Shown: positions 28,973 through 38,092 of the stretch, piece after piece
Position numbering within the stretch: the stretch's first letter is position 1
Layout: the number at the start of each line of letters is the position of its first letter
Source of the DNA: Methylobacter sp.
GTDB taxonomy: Bacteria > Pseudomonadota > Gammaproteobacteria > Methylococcales > Methylomonadaceae
Assembly (NCBI GenBank): GCA_024636505.1
Contig: JAGXGY010000044.1
Location: 9,319 to 73,318 of the forward strand
Direction of reading: 5' to 3'
Length of the DNA stretch: 64,000 nucleotides
Notes under the pieces: generated by a model
What the model was told of the DNA's origin: nothing
Database searches by the model: none
The model's input: the letters and a program-made list of their open reading frames with translations, nothing else
Program-made: the position numbers and the translations under genes

Positions 28973-29162
28973 GATGGGTTTCTCCCCGTAATATCGTTAG
29001 TTTAGTGTTTAAGGTTACACTAACGAAGTCGCTGTTTATCGATGTTAGAGATCGTCACACAGCGGGGGGGAAGCCCTTCCCCCATGTTCGTGTTACTCCT
29101 GCCTATTGCCTACTTGGCTCATCATCCCTGAAGCGAACGAACTTGATAGTGATTTCTATAAA

Positions 29163-29177
29163 GCAATCGCTGTGCCA
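29163..29177 (-). promoter_or_regulatory. Sigma54 (-24/-12) promoter of the pilin cluster
   Basis: Minus strand TGGCAC-AGCGA-TTGC is an exact match to TGGCAC-N5-TTGC. Confidence 0.85.
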
Positions 29178-29237
29178 AGTTTTCATGTGCTTGTTTTTTA
29201 ATAAAACAGGTGTTTATGGGCATTGTCGACACCCTAA

Positions 29238-29279
29238 AAAACAGGTGATATGACACACTTTGCGGCATATCACCTGTTT
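29238..29279. promoter_or_regulatory. Inverted repeat, candidate enhancer (bEBP) site
   Basis: AAACAGGTGATATG...CATATCACCTGTTT lies 60-100 bp upstream of the sigma54 site, with a third AAACAGGTG at ~29205. Confidence 0.5.
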
Positions 29280-29391
29280 GCGCCAGTGATGGCTGGTTTT
29301 GTTCAGCTTATGGCGGCGATAATATTTCTTCACGCCGCTAAACCCTTTATAATGCCTCGCACACAAGGACTACAGGGCATGCCCCCATTCT

Positions 29392-30978
29392 ATGACTACT
29401 TTGAATAACGCGCTTTCAACACGCTTGGATCAACTGAGCGCAAACGGCCGACAGCAACTGCTTTGCGGAGGGCTTAAAGGGATTGAGAAAGAAAGTCTGC
29501 GCATAGCCCGGGACGGGTTTATCGCCCAAACTCCGCATCCCCGGGCATTGGGTTCTGCATTGACGCATCCGTGCATTACTACCGATTATTCCGAAGCGCT
29601 GATCGAATTGATTACCCCGCCGTTTGCCGATATAAAAGACTCGCTGGACTATTTGCACAAGGTGCATCAGTTTGTTTATCAGCATCTGGATAACGAAATG
29701 CTGCTGGGTGCGAGTATGCCCTGCGGCATTGACGGCGATCTCAGTATTCCTATTGCCGAATACGGATCGTCCAATGTCGGTCGGATGAAGCATGTTTACC
29801 GGCACGGTTTATGGCATCGCTACGGGCGAACCATGCAGTCCATTGCCGGTATCCATTTTAATTATTCGGTGCCGGAAGCCTTGTGGCCGGTTTTGCAGCA
29901 ACAAGAACGCAGCCCCTTGAGTCTGGAACAGTTCAAGGCCGATGGTTATTTCGGTTTGATCCGCAATTTCCAACGCATGGGTTGGTTGATTCTGTATTTA
30001 TTCGGCGCATCGCCGGCTATCTGTAAAAGCTTTTTCAACAGTCGCCCGGCATTAATGGCGCAATTTGAAGAGTTTGATAACGGTACGCTTTACCATCCTT
30101 ATGCGACCTCGTTACGGATGAGCGACATCGGTTATAAAAGCAAAAATCAGGAGGGCCTGAAAATCGATTACAACGCATTAGACGGCTATGTCGACAGTTT
30201 GAGCGCCGCCATCAACACGCCTTATCCCGAATACCAAAAAATCGGCACTGTGGTCGACGGCCAATACCGTCAACTGAACGGCAATATCCTGCAGATTGAA
30301 AACGAGTTTTACAGCACTATCCGGCCTAAACAAATTGCCCGTTCCTGCGAAAAGCCGACGATGGCGCTTAAGTATCGCGGGGTTCGTTACGTTGAAATGC
30401 GCTCTCTGGATTTGGATGTATTTCATCCTATCGGCATTGATGAAGATAAAGCCCGATTTATCGAGGCACTGTTGCTTTGCTGTCTGTTGCAGGACAGTCC
30501 GAAAACCTCGGATCGGGAGCATCAGGTTAACAACGCCAATCAATTGGCCGTTGCCCATTACGGCAGGAAGCCGGGGCTGGAATTGCAACAGGGCCAACAA
30601 AAAGTACCGTTGCAGCAATGGGCCGCTGAAATTATGGAAGCCATGCAGCCGGTATGCGCGATTCTCGACCGGGACGATGCCGATAAACCGTATAGCTCGG
30701 CGCTGGCAAAACAGCAGCGGCTGGTCGATAATCCCGATTTAACCGCTTCGGCACGCATGCTGCAACAGATGATGCAGCGGCAACAGCCGTTTGCCCGTTT
30801 CGCATTAACTGCCTCCGCCGAACACCAGTTGTATTTTAAAACGAATAAGCCGGATAAAACCACCGACCGGATGTTTGCTGACATGGCCGCAGAATCGCTA
30901 GTCAAGCAGCAGGAAATCGAGAGTCAAGAGCAAATCCCTTTTGACGAATTCTTAAGGCAGTATTTTTCGCAAAGCTGA
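29392..30978 (+). CDS. gshA: Glutamate--cysteine ligase
   Basis: GIEKESLR, ITTDYSE, GIHFNYS, TSLRMSDIGY, LQIENEFY and YVEMRSLD. Confidence 0.96.
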   Translation: MTTLNNALSTRLDQLSANGRQQLLCGGLKGIEKESLRIARDGFIAQTPHPRALGSALTHPCITTDYSEALIELITPPFADIKDSLDYLHKVHQFVYQHLDNEMLLGASMPCGIDGDLSIPIAEYGSSNVGRMKHVYRHGLWHRYGRTMQSIAGIHFNYSVPEALWPVLQQQERSPLSLEQFKADGYFGLIRNFQRMGWLILYLFGASPAICKSFFNSRPALMAQFEEFDNGTLYHPYATSLRMSDIGYKSKNQEGLKIDYNALDGYVDSLSAAINTPYPEYQKIGTVVDGQYRQLNGNILQIENEFYSTIRPKQIARSCEKPTMALKYRGVRYVEMRSLDLDVFHPIGIDEDKARFIEALLLCCLLQDSPKTSDREHQVNNANQLAVAHYGRKPGLELQQGQQKVPLQQWAAEIMEAMQPVCAILDRDDADKPYSSALAKQQRLVDNPDLTASARMLQQMMQRQQPFARFALTASAEHQLYFKTNKPDKTTDRMFADMAAESLVKQQEIESQEQIPFDEFLRQYFSQS

Positions 30979-31131
30979 TGTCATGTTTCAATCCACCGTG
31001 AACGCATAGCTAAAAAATACAAGACACTGTAGGAGCGGGCATGATTCGCTCCTACAACGCTTAACTTGCGTCCGGCTCCCAGCTCCGGCGCGGGAATCCA
31101 TAAAGCCATACGGCATAACCGGGAAAATATC

Positions 31132-31857
31132 ATGACTTCCGTCAACATAGAGCAATTGCAAGCCGAACTGGATCATAAAAATCCGCGCGTCATTCTGAAA
31201 AAAGCGCTGGAGCTGTTCGATAATATCGCCATCTCTTTCAGCGGCGCAGAAGACGTGGTGCTGATCGATATGGCTGTGGCTATCAGAAAAGACATCCAGG
31301 TTTTTTCCCTGGATACCGGACGCCTGCATCCTGAAACTTATCGTTTTATCGAAAAAGTCAGGAAGCATTATCACATCGATATTGAATTATTAACGCCGGA
31401 CAGGGAGGTGCTGGACAGTTTTGTAAAAAGCAAAGGCCTGTTCAGTTTTTATCAAGACGGGCATCAGCAATGTTGCGGTATCCGCAAGGTTGAACCGTTA
31501 AAACGCAAACTGGCCCATGTGGATGCCTGGATTACCGGTCAGCGCAAGGATCAAAGTCTGGATACCCGGCAGGATATTCCCGAAGTACAGATAGACACTG
31601 CCTTTTCCAGCGCCGGGCATCAACTGGTTAAATTCAATCCCTTGCTGAACTGGAGTTCGGCGCAGGTCTGGGATTATATTGAAGCCTATCAGGTGCCGTA
31701 TAACGAGTTGCACCAAAAAGGCTATATCAGCATAGGCTGCGAACCCTGTACCCGCGCGGTATTACCCAATCAACACGAAAGGGCGGGGCGCTGGTGGTGG
31801 GAAGAGGCGACAAAAAAAGAATGCGGACTGCATGCGGGGAATTTGAAAAGTAAATAA
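31132..31857 (+). CDS. cysH: APS/PAPS reductase (4Fe-4S APS-reductase type)
   Basis: [36 protein letters not shown] and ECGLH. Start is ATG 31132. Confidence 0.93.
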   Translation: MTSVNIEQLQAELDHKNPRVILKKALELFDNIAISFSGAEDVVLIDMAVAIRKDIQVFSLDTGRLHPETYRFIEKVRKHYHIDIELLTPDREVLDSFVKSKGLFSFYQDGHQQCCGIRKVEPLKRKLAHVDAWITGQRKDQSLDTRQDIPEVQIDTAFSSAGHQLVKFNPLLNWSSAQVWDYIEAYQVPYNELHQKGYISIGCEPCTRAVLPNQHERAGRWWWEEATKKECGLHAGNLKSK

Positions 31858-32070
31858 TCTTTACCACTCGATACGAGAAAAAGGCTATTAATTACATGGG
31901 GATACTCTCATTTTACTCGGTACTTTATGGCTGAGCTGAAACGTCAACAGAACCTAGTACTAAATGAATATGATTATCCTTAAAATGTAGGAAAAAGAGG
32001 ATGAATAACATACTATGGCACATCCCAAATCATTCTGATTCCGGGCATAAATCTAACTATAGGAATTAAC

Positions 32071-32421
32071 ATGAAAGAAATTACAGTTGATAGCAACCCA
32101 AGTGAAGCATTTTTAAAAAAAATGGGTGCTGCTTACTGGCCAACATGGGAAAAAGAAGTATCTGTATTCCCATGGGAATTCGTTACTACAGAAACGGCAC
32201 TTATTTTAGAAGGTGAATGTGAAATGACGCCTGCAGATGGCGGCCCTTCAACTACTTTCAAAGCGGGTGACTTAGTGGTATTTCCATTAGGGTATAAAGG
32301 CACGTGGGAAGTGAAAAAAGCACTTAAAAAAAGCTTCAAACACAGCAACGGCAACATTGTAAAATGCACTTTCAACCGTTTGAAAAGATTGTCGAACTTC
32401 ATTAAATCAATCATGAAGTGA
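32071..32421 (+). CDS. Cupin domain protein (DUF861-like)
   Basis: WPTWEKEVSVFPW, ILEGE and FKAGDLVVFP.G..GTWEV. AT-rich gene next to the tRNA 3' end. Confidence 0.85.
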   Translation: MKEITVDSNPSEAFLKKMGAAYWPTWEKEVSVFPWEFVTTETALILEGECEMTPADGGPSTTFKAGDLVVFPLGYKGTWEVKKALKKSFKHSNGNIVKCTFNRLKRLSNFIKSIMK

Positions 32422-32554
32422 AGTTCACTTCCATTATCCCCACAAAAAAGTCTGTTTTACCAAAGAGTCCGTAAAGCTCGTTCCTTTAGGTGGGGGATGT
32501 TTTGTTCAATGAGATTCAATGCGAGCCACCGTTCAAGGTGGGGCAAGCAGGCAT

Positions 32555-32592
32555 AAAAAAACCGATTGTCTTTAAAAAACAATCGGTTATTT
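32555..32592 (-). terminator. Rho-independent terminator downstream of tRNA-Ser
   Basis: AACCGATTGT...ACAATCGGTT stem followed by a U-tract on the minus strand. Confidence 0.65.
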
Positions 32593-32600
32593 CGTGTATA

Positions 32601-32690
32601 TGGCGGAGAAGCAGGGATTCGAACCCTGGGAGGGGATCAACCCTCAACGGTTTTCAAGACCGCCGCTTTCGGCCACTCAGCCACCTCTCC
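32601..32690 (-). tRNA. tRNA-Ser(TGA)
   Basis: GGAGAGGTGGCTGAGTGG...GGTCT-TGA-AAACC, long variable arm, GGTTCGAATCC and encoded CCA end. Confidence 0.97.
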
Positions 32691-33000
32691 ACATCCGGAG
32701 TATTATATAGGCTGTTATATTTATTGCAATAGTTCTTATCAAAGAAAATTATATTATTGGATTAGGTTGGCGGTGTTCGGTTCTTGCGGTAATCAATATC
32801 TAAGCGCGCTCTTAATTCACTTTTTCCAGTACCTGATAGCCTTCAGGCATCATGTAAGGGGATGACTCAGCCCCGGCGGTCTCCAGCGCGACATGACGGC
32901 TTTGCTGCGGATAGATTGCGATAATGCACATATTTTTTCAGACAAAAGAGCAGTAATTCTTTATCATAGTGGGCTTTTAAATCACGAAAAGGGTTTTATC

Positions 33001-33480
33001 ATGCAAGTAGCTGACAATATGGCGGTCTCAATTCACTATACTTTGACTAACGATGATAGCGAAGTGCTGGATAGTTCGATAGATGGCGAGCCATTGGTTT
33101 ATCTGCACGGCACAGGAAATATTATTCCCGGCTTGGAAGATGCGTTGCTCGGCAAAGCTGTCGGCGATAAATTTAAGGTGCGCATTGCGGCCAAAGATGC
33201 TTATGGCGAACAAAATGATGAGATGATTCAGGTCATTCCGCGTGCGATGTTTGAAGGCATTGAAGAAATTGAAGTCGGCATGATGTTTCATGCCGATGTC
33301 AGTTCCGGCTCCGGCGAGGTCACCATTATTAAAATAGACGGCGATGATATTACTATTGACGGTAATCATCCGCTGGCAGGCATGGCCTTAACCTTTGATG
33401 TTGAGGTTGTTGATGCGCGACCTGCGACTAAGGAAGAAGCCGAACATGGGCATATCCATGGCGCGGGTTGCCATCATTAA
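33001..33480 (+). CDS. slyD: FKBP-type peptidyl-prolyl isomerase
   Basis: IHYTL, IIPGLE, AYG, DGNHPLAG and a His-rich tail (HGHIHGAGCHH). Start is ATG 33001. Confidence 0.93.
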   Translation: MQVADNMAVSIHYTLTNDDSEVLDSSIDGEPLVYLHGTGNIIPGLEDALLGKAVGDKFKVRIAAKDAYGEQNDEMIQVIPRAMFEGIEEIEVGMMFHADVSSGSGEVTIIKIDGDDITIDGNHPLAGMALTFDVEVVDARPATKEEAEHGHIHGAGCHH

Positions 33481-33487
33481 GTTGGCT

Positions 33488-33533
33488 GTGGCGGCGACTT
33501 CAGTCGCCACTGGGCGGCTAAAGCCGCCCCCAC
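33488..33533. repeat. REP-like double hairpin between convergent genes
   Basis: GTGGCGGCGACTTCAGTCGCCAC followed by GGGCGGCTAAAGCCGCCC. Confidence 0.55.
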
Positions 33534-33567
33534 AGTGACAGGCTCGTCATGTTAAATTGACTAAATA

Positions 33568-34296
33568 CTAACTTACAAAAGCTTTCAGCAATTCAGCGGT
33601 ATTCGCCATGCCTTTATGGAGATGCCGCTCGATGTCTTCCATGGTAATTTCTCCTTCCGTTTTTCCTGCGGCCCAATTGGCAACGACGCTGATAGCGGCA
33701 TAGTCCATGTCGAGTTCTTTGGCTAATGCCGCTTCCGGCATACCGGTCATGCCGACCAGATCGCAGCCGTCCCTTTCCATGCGTTGTATTTCTGCAGCGG
33801 TTTCCAGGCGCGGACCCTGGGTGCAGCCGTAGGTGCCCAGCGGGCTGATTTTGATGTTGGCTTTGGCGGCGGCGCTGATGAGGCGGGAGCGCAGTTTCTG
33901 GCTGTACGGATAGGTAAAGTCGATATGCTGCACCGCTTCGTCGTCAAAAAAAGTATGCAGGCGGCCATAACTGTAATCGATAATCTGGTCGGGGATGGCG
34001 ATATGCGCCGGAGCCATGTCGCTAGTGATGCCGCCGACCGCAGCAACCGAGATAATCTGTTTAACGCCGAGTTGTTTAAGTCCCCAGATATTAGCCCGGT
34101 AATTGATTTGGTGCGGCGCTAAGCGATGCGGGTTGCCGTGTCGAGCCAGGAAAATAACCGGGATGCCGTTCAGCTCGCCGGTGACGAACTCGGCGGAAGG
34201 CGAGCCGTAAGGGGTGTCCAGTTGCTCGCGTTTGATAAGGGTTAAATCGCTTAATTGGGTCAGGCCGGTGCCGCCGATGATGGCAAGTGTGGTCAT
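33568..34296 (-). CDS. mtnP: S-methyl-5'-thioinosine/thioadenosine phosphorylase
   Basis: IIGGTG, TPYG.PS, RHG, NYRANIW, QGPRLETAAE and VGMTGMPEA. The VANWAAG motif suggests the MTI-specific type. Confidence 0.88.
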   Translation of the reverse strand: MTTLAIIGGTGLTQLSDLTLIKREQLDTPYGSPSAEFVTGELNGIPVIFLARHGNPHRLAPHQINYRANIWGLKQLGVKQIISVAAVGGITSDMAPAHIAIPDQIIDYSYGRLHTFFDDEAVQHIDFTYPYSQKLRSRLISAAAKANIKISPLGTYGCTQGPRLETAAEIQRMERDGCDLVGMTGMPEAALAKELDMDYAAISVVANWAAGKTEGEITMEDIERHLHKGMANTAELLKAFVS

Positions 34297-34841
34297 GATG
34301 TTGAGTCCTTGCAGGCGTAAATGCCCGGTGCGTTGCGTAAATAGCCTTTGTAGTCCATGCCGTAGCCGAACAAGTAACGGTTTTCTACCGTCAGGCCGAT
34401 AAAATCGGCGCTGATCGGTTTTTCATGGTCGAGGATTTTATCCACCAATACCGCGCTGTAGACTGCTGTCGCGCCTTGTTCCCGGCAATAGTCGCGAATG
34501 GCGGACAAGGTGATGCCTTCATCGAGAATGTCGTCAACAATCAAAACCGTGCGACCGTTAAGCGGTGTTTGCGGTTTAAGCAGCCAGTCGATGCTGCCGC
34601 CCGAAGTCTGGTTTTGGTAACGGCTGGCGTTGATCGAGTCTATGCTCAGCGGCATGGTTAACCGGGTCAGCAGTTTGCCGAAAGTCGGGATGCCGCCGTT
34701 CAATACGCAGAGTAACAGCGGGTTGCACTCGGCCAGTGTGCTATTGATTTGCCGGGCCATGTTGTCGATGGCGGCTTCGACTTGCTGCTCGTTGTGCAGC
34801 AAGTCGGCAGTGGCCTGGACGTGTTTGATTTCTTCAAGCAT
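34293..34841 (-). CDS. Hypoxanthine-guanine phosphoribosyltransferase
   Basis: PRPP-binding motif VLIVDDILDEGITL; FGYGMDY..YLRN. Confidence 0.9.
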   Translation of the reverse strand: MLEEIKHVQATADLLHNEQQVEAAIDNMARQINSTLAECNPLLLCVLNGGIPTFGKLLTRLTMPLSIDSINASRYQNQTSGGSIDWLLKPQTPLNGRTVLIVDDILDEGITLSAIRDYCREQGATAVYSAVLVDKILDHEKPISADFIGLTVENRYLFGYGMDYKGYLRNAPGIYACKDSTS

Positions 34842-35850
34842 GGTGATAGGTTTGGTTAATGAGGGTTGATAATTGCTGCCATTTTTTGCTGTTCATCAGC
34901 TGTTCGCGGTTCATCTGCGGCTGGCCTTGCATCCGTTTAAGGCGCTGCTCCCGGATGGGATTCCGGGTGACCGGCAAGGCTTCGAGTACCTGCTCGGCGG
35001 CGGTCGGATTATTGCACACCAGGATCATGTCGCAACCGGCAATCTGCGCAAGATGGGCGCGTTCCGGGAAGTCGCCGACCGATGCCGCGCCTTCCATGCT
35101 CAAATCATCGCTGAACACGGTGCCGTTAAAGTTCAATTCCTTGCGTAGAATCTGTTGTATCCAAAATGGCGAGAAACCGGCCGGATTCGGGTCGATGTTG
35201 GGATAAACCACATGCGCGGGCATGATGCCTTCCAAGCCTTCTGCAATCAGTTGTTTAAACGGCAGCAGGTCTTTTGCCCTGATCTCGTCCAGGTTTCTTT
35301 GGTCTACCGGTAAGGTCAAATGCGAATCCAGCGCCACGGCGCCGTGACCGGGGAAATGCTTGCCGGTGGCGGCCATGCCTGCGGCATTCATGCCTTTGCT
35401 AAATAGGCTTGAAAGACGGGTTGCGAGTTCAGGATCGGTTGAAAACGAACGGTTGCCGATGATGTCGCTGACGCCGCAATCAATATCCAACACCGGCGCA
35501 AAGCTGAAATCAACGCCGAGCGCCAGCAGTTCGGCGGCCATCAGCCAGCCTGCCGGTTCCGCCAGTTCCGGCGTTTGCGCGTAGCTGGCGGCAGGCGGCA
35601 GGCGGGTAAAGCCTTGTTGGAAACGTTGTACCCTGCCGCCTTCCTGATCGACGGCAATCAGCAGGTCGCCATTGCGCGCCGCGCGAATGCTGTTAATCAG
35701 CTCGGTCACTTGTTCGGGATGTTGATAGTTGCGCGAAAACAGAATCACCGCTCCGGTGTTGGGATGGTTCAGTTTTTCTTTTTCGTCTTGTGCCAGGGTT
35801 AAGCCGGCAACATCGAGCATGATCGGGCCGATGGGAAGTTTAGTTGTCAT
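34834..35850 (-). CDS. nagZ: Beta-N-acetylhexosaminidase
   Basis: DQEGGRVQRF, KHFPGHG...DSH and SDDLSM. Confidence 0.96.
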   Translation of the reverse strand: MTTKLPIGPIMLDVAGLTLAQDEKEKLNHPNTGAVILFSRNYQHPEQVTELINSIRAARNGDLLIAVDQEGGRVQRFQQGFTRLPPAASYAQTPELAEPAGWLMAAELLALGVDFSFAPVLDIDCGVSDIIGNRSFSTDPELATRLSSLFSKGMNAAGMAATGKHFPGHGAVALDSHLTLPVDQRNLDEIRAKDLLPFKQLIAEGLEGIMPAHVVYPNIDPNPAGFSPFWIQQILRKELNFNGTVFSDDLSMEGAASVGDFPERAHLAQIAGCDMILVCNNPTAAEQVLEALPVTRNPIREQRLKRMQGQPQMNREQLMNSKKWQQLSTLINQTYHHA

Positions 35851-35936
35851 TACCTGGTTATTAGTGGGTGTCGTTTTAAAATTGAGGGGTTTGGCTTATA
35901 CTAAACCGCTGTTTTTTTAGCTGCAAGGAGTCTGTT

Positions 35937-36350
35937 ATGCGTTTATGGGTTGTGGTATTAAGTTTTCTGTTCATGTCTGCCGCTGTTGCGAATGAAGAGG
36001 AGGAAAAGACATCAGGTTCGGAATATGTGGAAATGGCTCCCAAGTTTATCGTTAATTTGGCGGAACCCAAAAAATTTTTGGCGATAAATGTGCAATTATT
36101 GGTTGAAGGCGCCGGAGCTATTGAGGCGGTCAAAAAACACATGCCGGCATTAAGGCACGCATTAATTATGTTGTACAGCGACAGATTGTCTGATGAATTG
36201 CAAACCATGGAACAGCGCGAGGCGTTGCGACAAAAAACGGCGGCGGAAATCCGCCAGGTTCTGGACAGGATGGAAGGCAGGAAAGCCGATGGAACTGAGG
36301 GCAGCAGCGGTTTTAAAGACGCTTATTTTACTGAGTTTTTAGTGGATTGA
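35937..36350 (+). CDS. fliL: FliL-family protein (orphan)
   Basis: FIVNL, HMPALRH and AYFTEFLV; signal/TM N-terminus. Confidence 0.8.
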   Translation: MRLWVVVLSFLFMSAAVANEEEEKTSGSEYVEMAPKFIVNLAEPKKFLAINVQLLVEGAGAIEAVKKHMPALRHALIMLYSDRLSDELQTMEQREALRQKTAAEIRQVLDRMEGRKADGTEGSSGFKDAYFTEFLVD

Positions 36351-36357
36351 TTTTAGT

Positions 36358-36771
36358 TTAGGTTTGCATGTTTAACCGGTCTTTAACGCGGGCTGAATGC
36401 TCTGCAATTTGCCGGTCTGTATAGGGTTCGGCAACAAATTTTCCCCAGACCGGCGCAGGCCAGGCTTTATCGGTTTGGTAGCGGACTATATGATGGATAT
36501 GCAGTTGCGGAACCACATTGCCGATGGCTGCAATATTCATTTTATCCGCCTTATAAAGTGCCGCCAGATTTTCGGCAAGATAGCTCGATTCCTCGGTCAA
36601 CAATTCGCGATCCGTTTTACTCAGTTGATAAATCTCCTGCACATCCGCCCGTTGCGGCACCAGAATGAACCACGGATACCGGCTGTCGTTCATCATCAAT
36701 AACCGACATAATCCAAAACGGCCAATGGTTATGCAATCCTGTTCCAGTCGTGGGTGCAGCTGAAAACTCAT
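36358..36771 (-). CDS. HIT domain protein
   Basis: FQLHPRL, YPWFILVP, NIAAIGNVVPQLHIHH and AWPAPVWG. Confidence 0.9.
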   Translation of the reverse strand: MSFQLHPRLEQDCITIGRFGLCRLLMMNDSRYPWFILVPQRADVQEIYQLSKTDRELLTEESSYLAENLAALYKADKMNIAAIGNVVPQLHIHHIVRYQTDKAWPAPVWGKFVAEPYTDRQIAEHSARVKDRLNMQT

Positions 36772-36883
36772 AACACTAATCATCCTAAAAAATAAAAGCA
36801 ATGCTTGAAAATGGCGGGAGAATCAGTTTAACTGAATAATTCGACTGAGAATATAATAATAACAATAACAGGAGGATAGATTT

Positions 36884-37930
36884 ATGTCCGCTCAAACCAT
36901 TTCAGTTCAAACGAGTGTTAACGATAATCAGCTGGCCGTTTCATTCAGGTTGTTATTGGGGCTGTATGCCATCATTCCCTTGTGTTTATTGCTGCAGTTG
37001 TTTGACGGTTGGTTTTGGAACGGGGCTTTACAGCAGAATTTACCGAGCAGTCCGAAACAGTTTTTATTGTTTCAAATTCTTTTTGGAACGCCGCATATCG
37101 TCGCGAGCTCCATCTTGCTGGCGAGCAATACCGAATACCTGAAAGCGTATAAGCTGAAAATCATGTTGATGACTGCGGCTATCGTGATGGTTTTCGGTGT
37201 CGGCAGTCTGTTCATTCCTTATAAAGCGCTTTACTTGATAGCCGCTGCCTGGACGGTATACCACGTACTTAAGCAGCAGATTGGCGTGGGGCGCGGGCTG
37301 TATCATTTGCCCGATCGGGCTTTTTATCTGCTGTTATGGCTGAGTGTGACGGCGGGTATTTTTGTTTATATCGGCATATTTTTAAAAAACAGCCTGGATG
37401 TGCAACAGCTGGAGTGGATAAAGCTGATTGCCGGTGGTTTATGTGTCGCGATGATTGGCAGCGCATTGCTATGTCAACGCTATGCGGCCACGGCTATGGC
37501 AAAATGGTTTTTGTGGTCGAATGTTTTATTGGTGTTAAGCAGCTTTTATCTGTTTGTTCAGCAGTATTATTTTCTCGCGATTTTGGTGCCAAGGCTGGTG
37601 CATGATGCGACCGCTTATATTTTTTACGTGGTGCATGATTACAACAAGCATCACCGGCATCCGCAGAATGTTATCTATCGCTATGCGGCGCGTTGCCATT
37701 GGCCTGTTTTTATTGTATTGCCGATAGCGTCATTTTTGCTGGCGTTTGTGTTGCAGTCCTACGGGGACAGCGCGGTCAATAGTGTCACCGAGCTGTTTTT
37801 CGGGGTTGAGATTAACAAGGCGGTTACCGTGGGTTTGCTGGGTTATCTGGCGTTAATGCATTATTACACCGAATCCTTTACCTGGAAGCACGGTTCGCCT
37901 TACCGGCGTTTTATTGTGTTTTCTAAATAA
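36884..37930 (+). CDS. Polytopic membrane protein with His motifs in or next to TM segments
   Basis: About 9-10 TM helices; FGTPH, YHVLKQQ, VHD..Y....VHD and MHYY.E motifs. Confidence 0.75.
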   Translation: MSAQTISVQTSVNDNQLAVSFRLLLGLYAIIPLCLLLQLFDGWFWNGALQQNLPSSPKQFLLFQILFGTPHIVASSILLASNTEYLKAYKLKIMLMTAAIVMVFGVGSLFIPYKALYLIAAAWTVYHVLKQQIGVGRGLYHLPDRAFYLLLWLSVTAGIFVYIGIFLKNSLDVQQLEWIKLIAGGLCVAMIGSALLCQRYAATAMAKWFLWSNVLLVLSSFYLFVQQYYFLAILVPRLVHDATAYIFYVVHDYNKHHRHPQNVIYRYAARCHWPVFIVLPIASFLLAFVLQSYGDSAVNSVTELFFGVEINKAVTVGLLGYLALMHYYTESFTWKHGSPYRRFIVFSK

Positions 37931-38092
37931 AAACGGCGAATTGACCGCGAAGAGGGTGCCGATTCCTGGAAATGGCATTTATCGATCTGCTTTGCCGGTT
38001 TAAACCTTGGCCTTTGGGTGACGGTCTACAGCCGGGTATCTCATTGAAAATTTTGCAGCTTTTCGTGGGCTATTGATCAGGGGCGCGGACAG

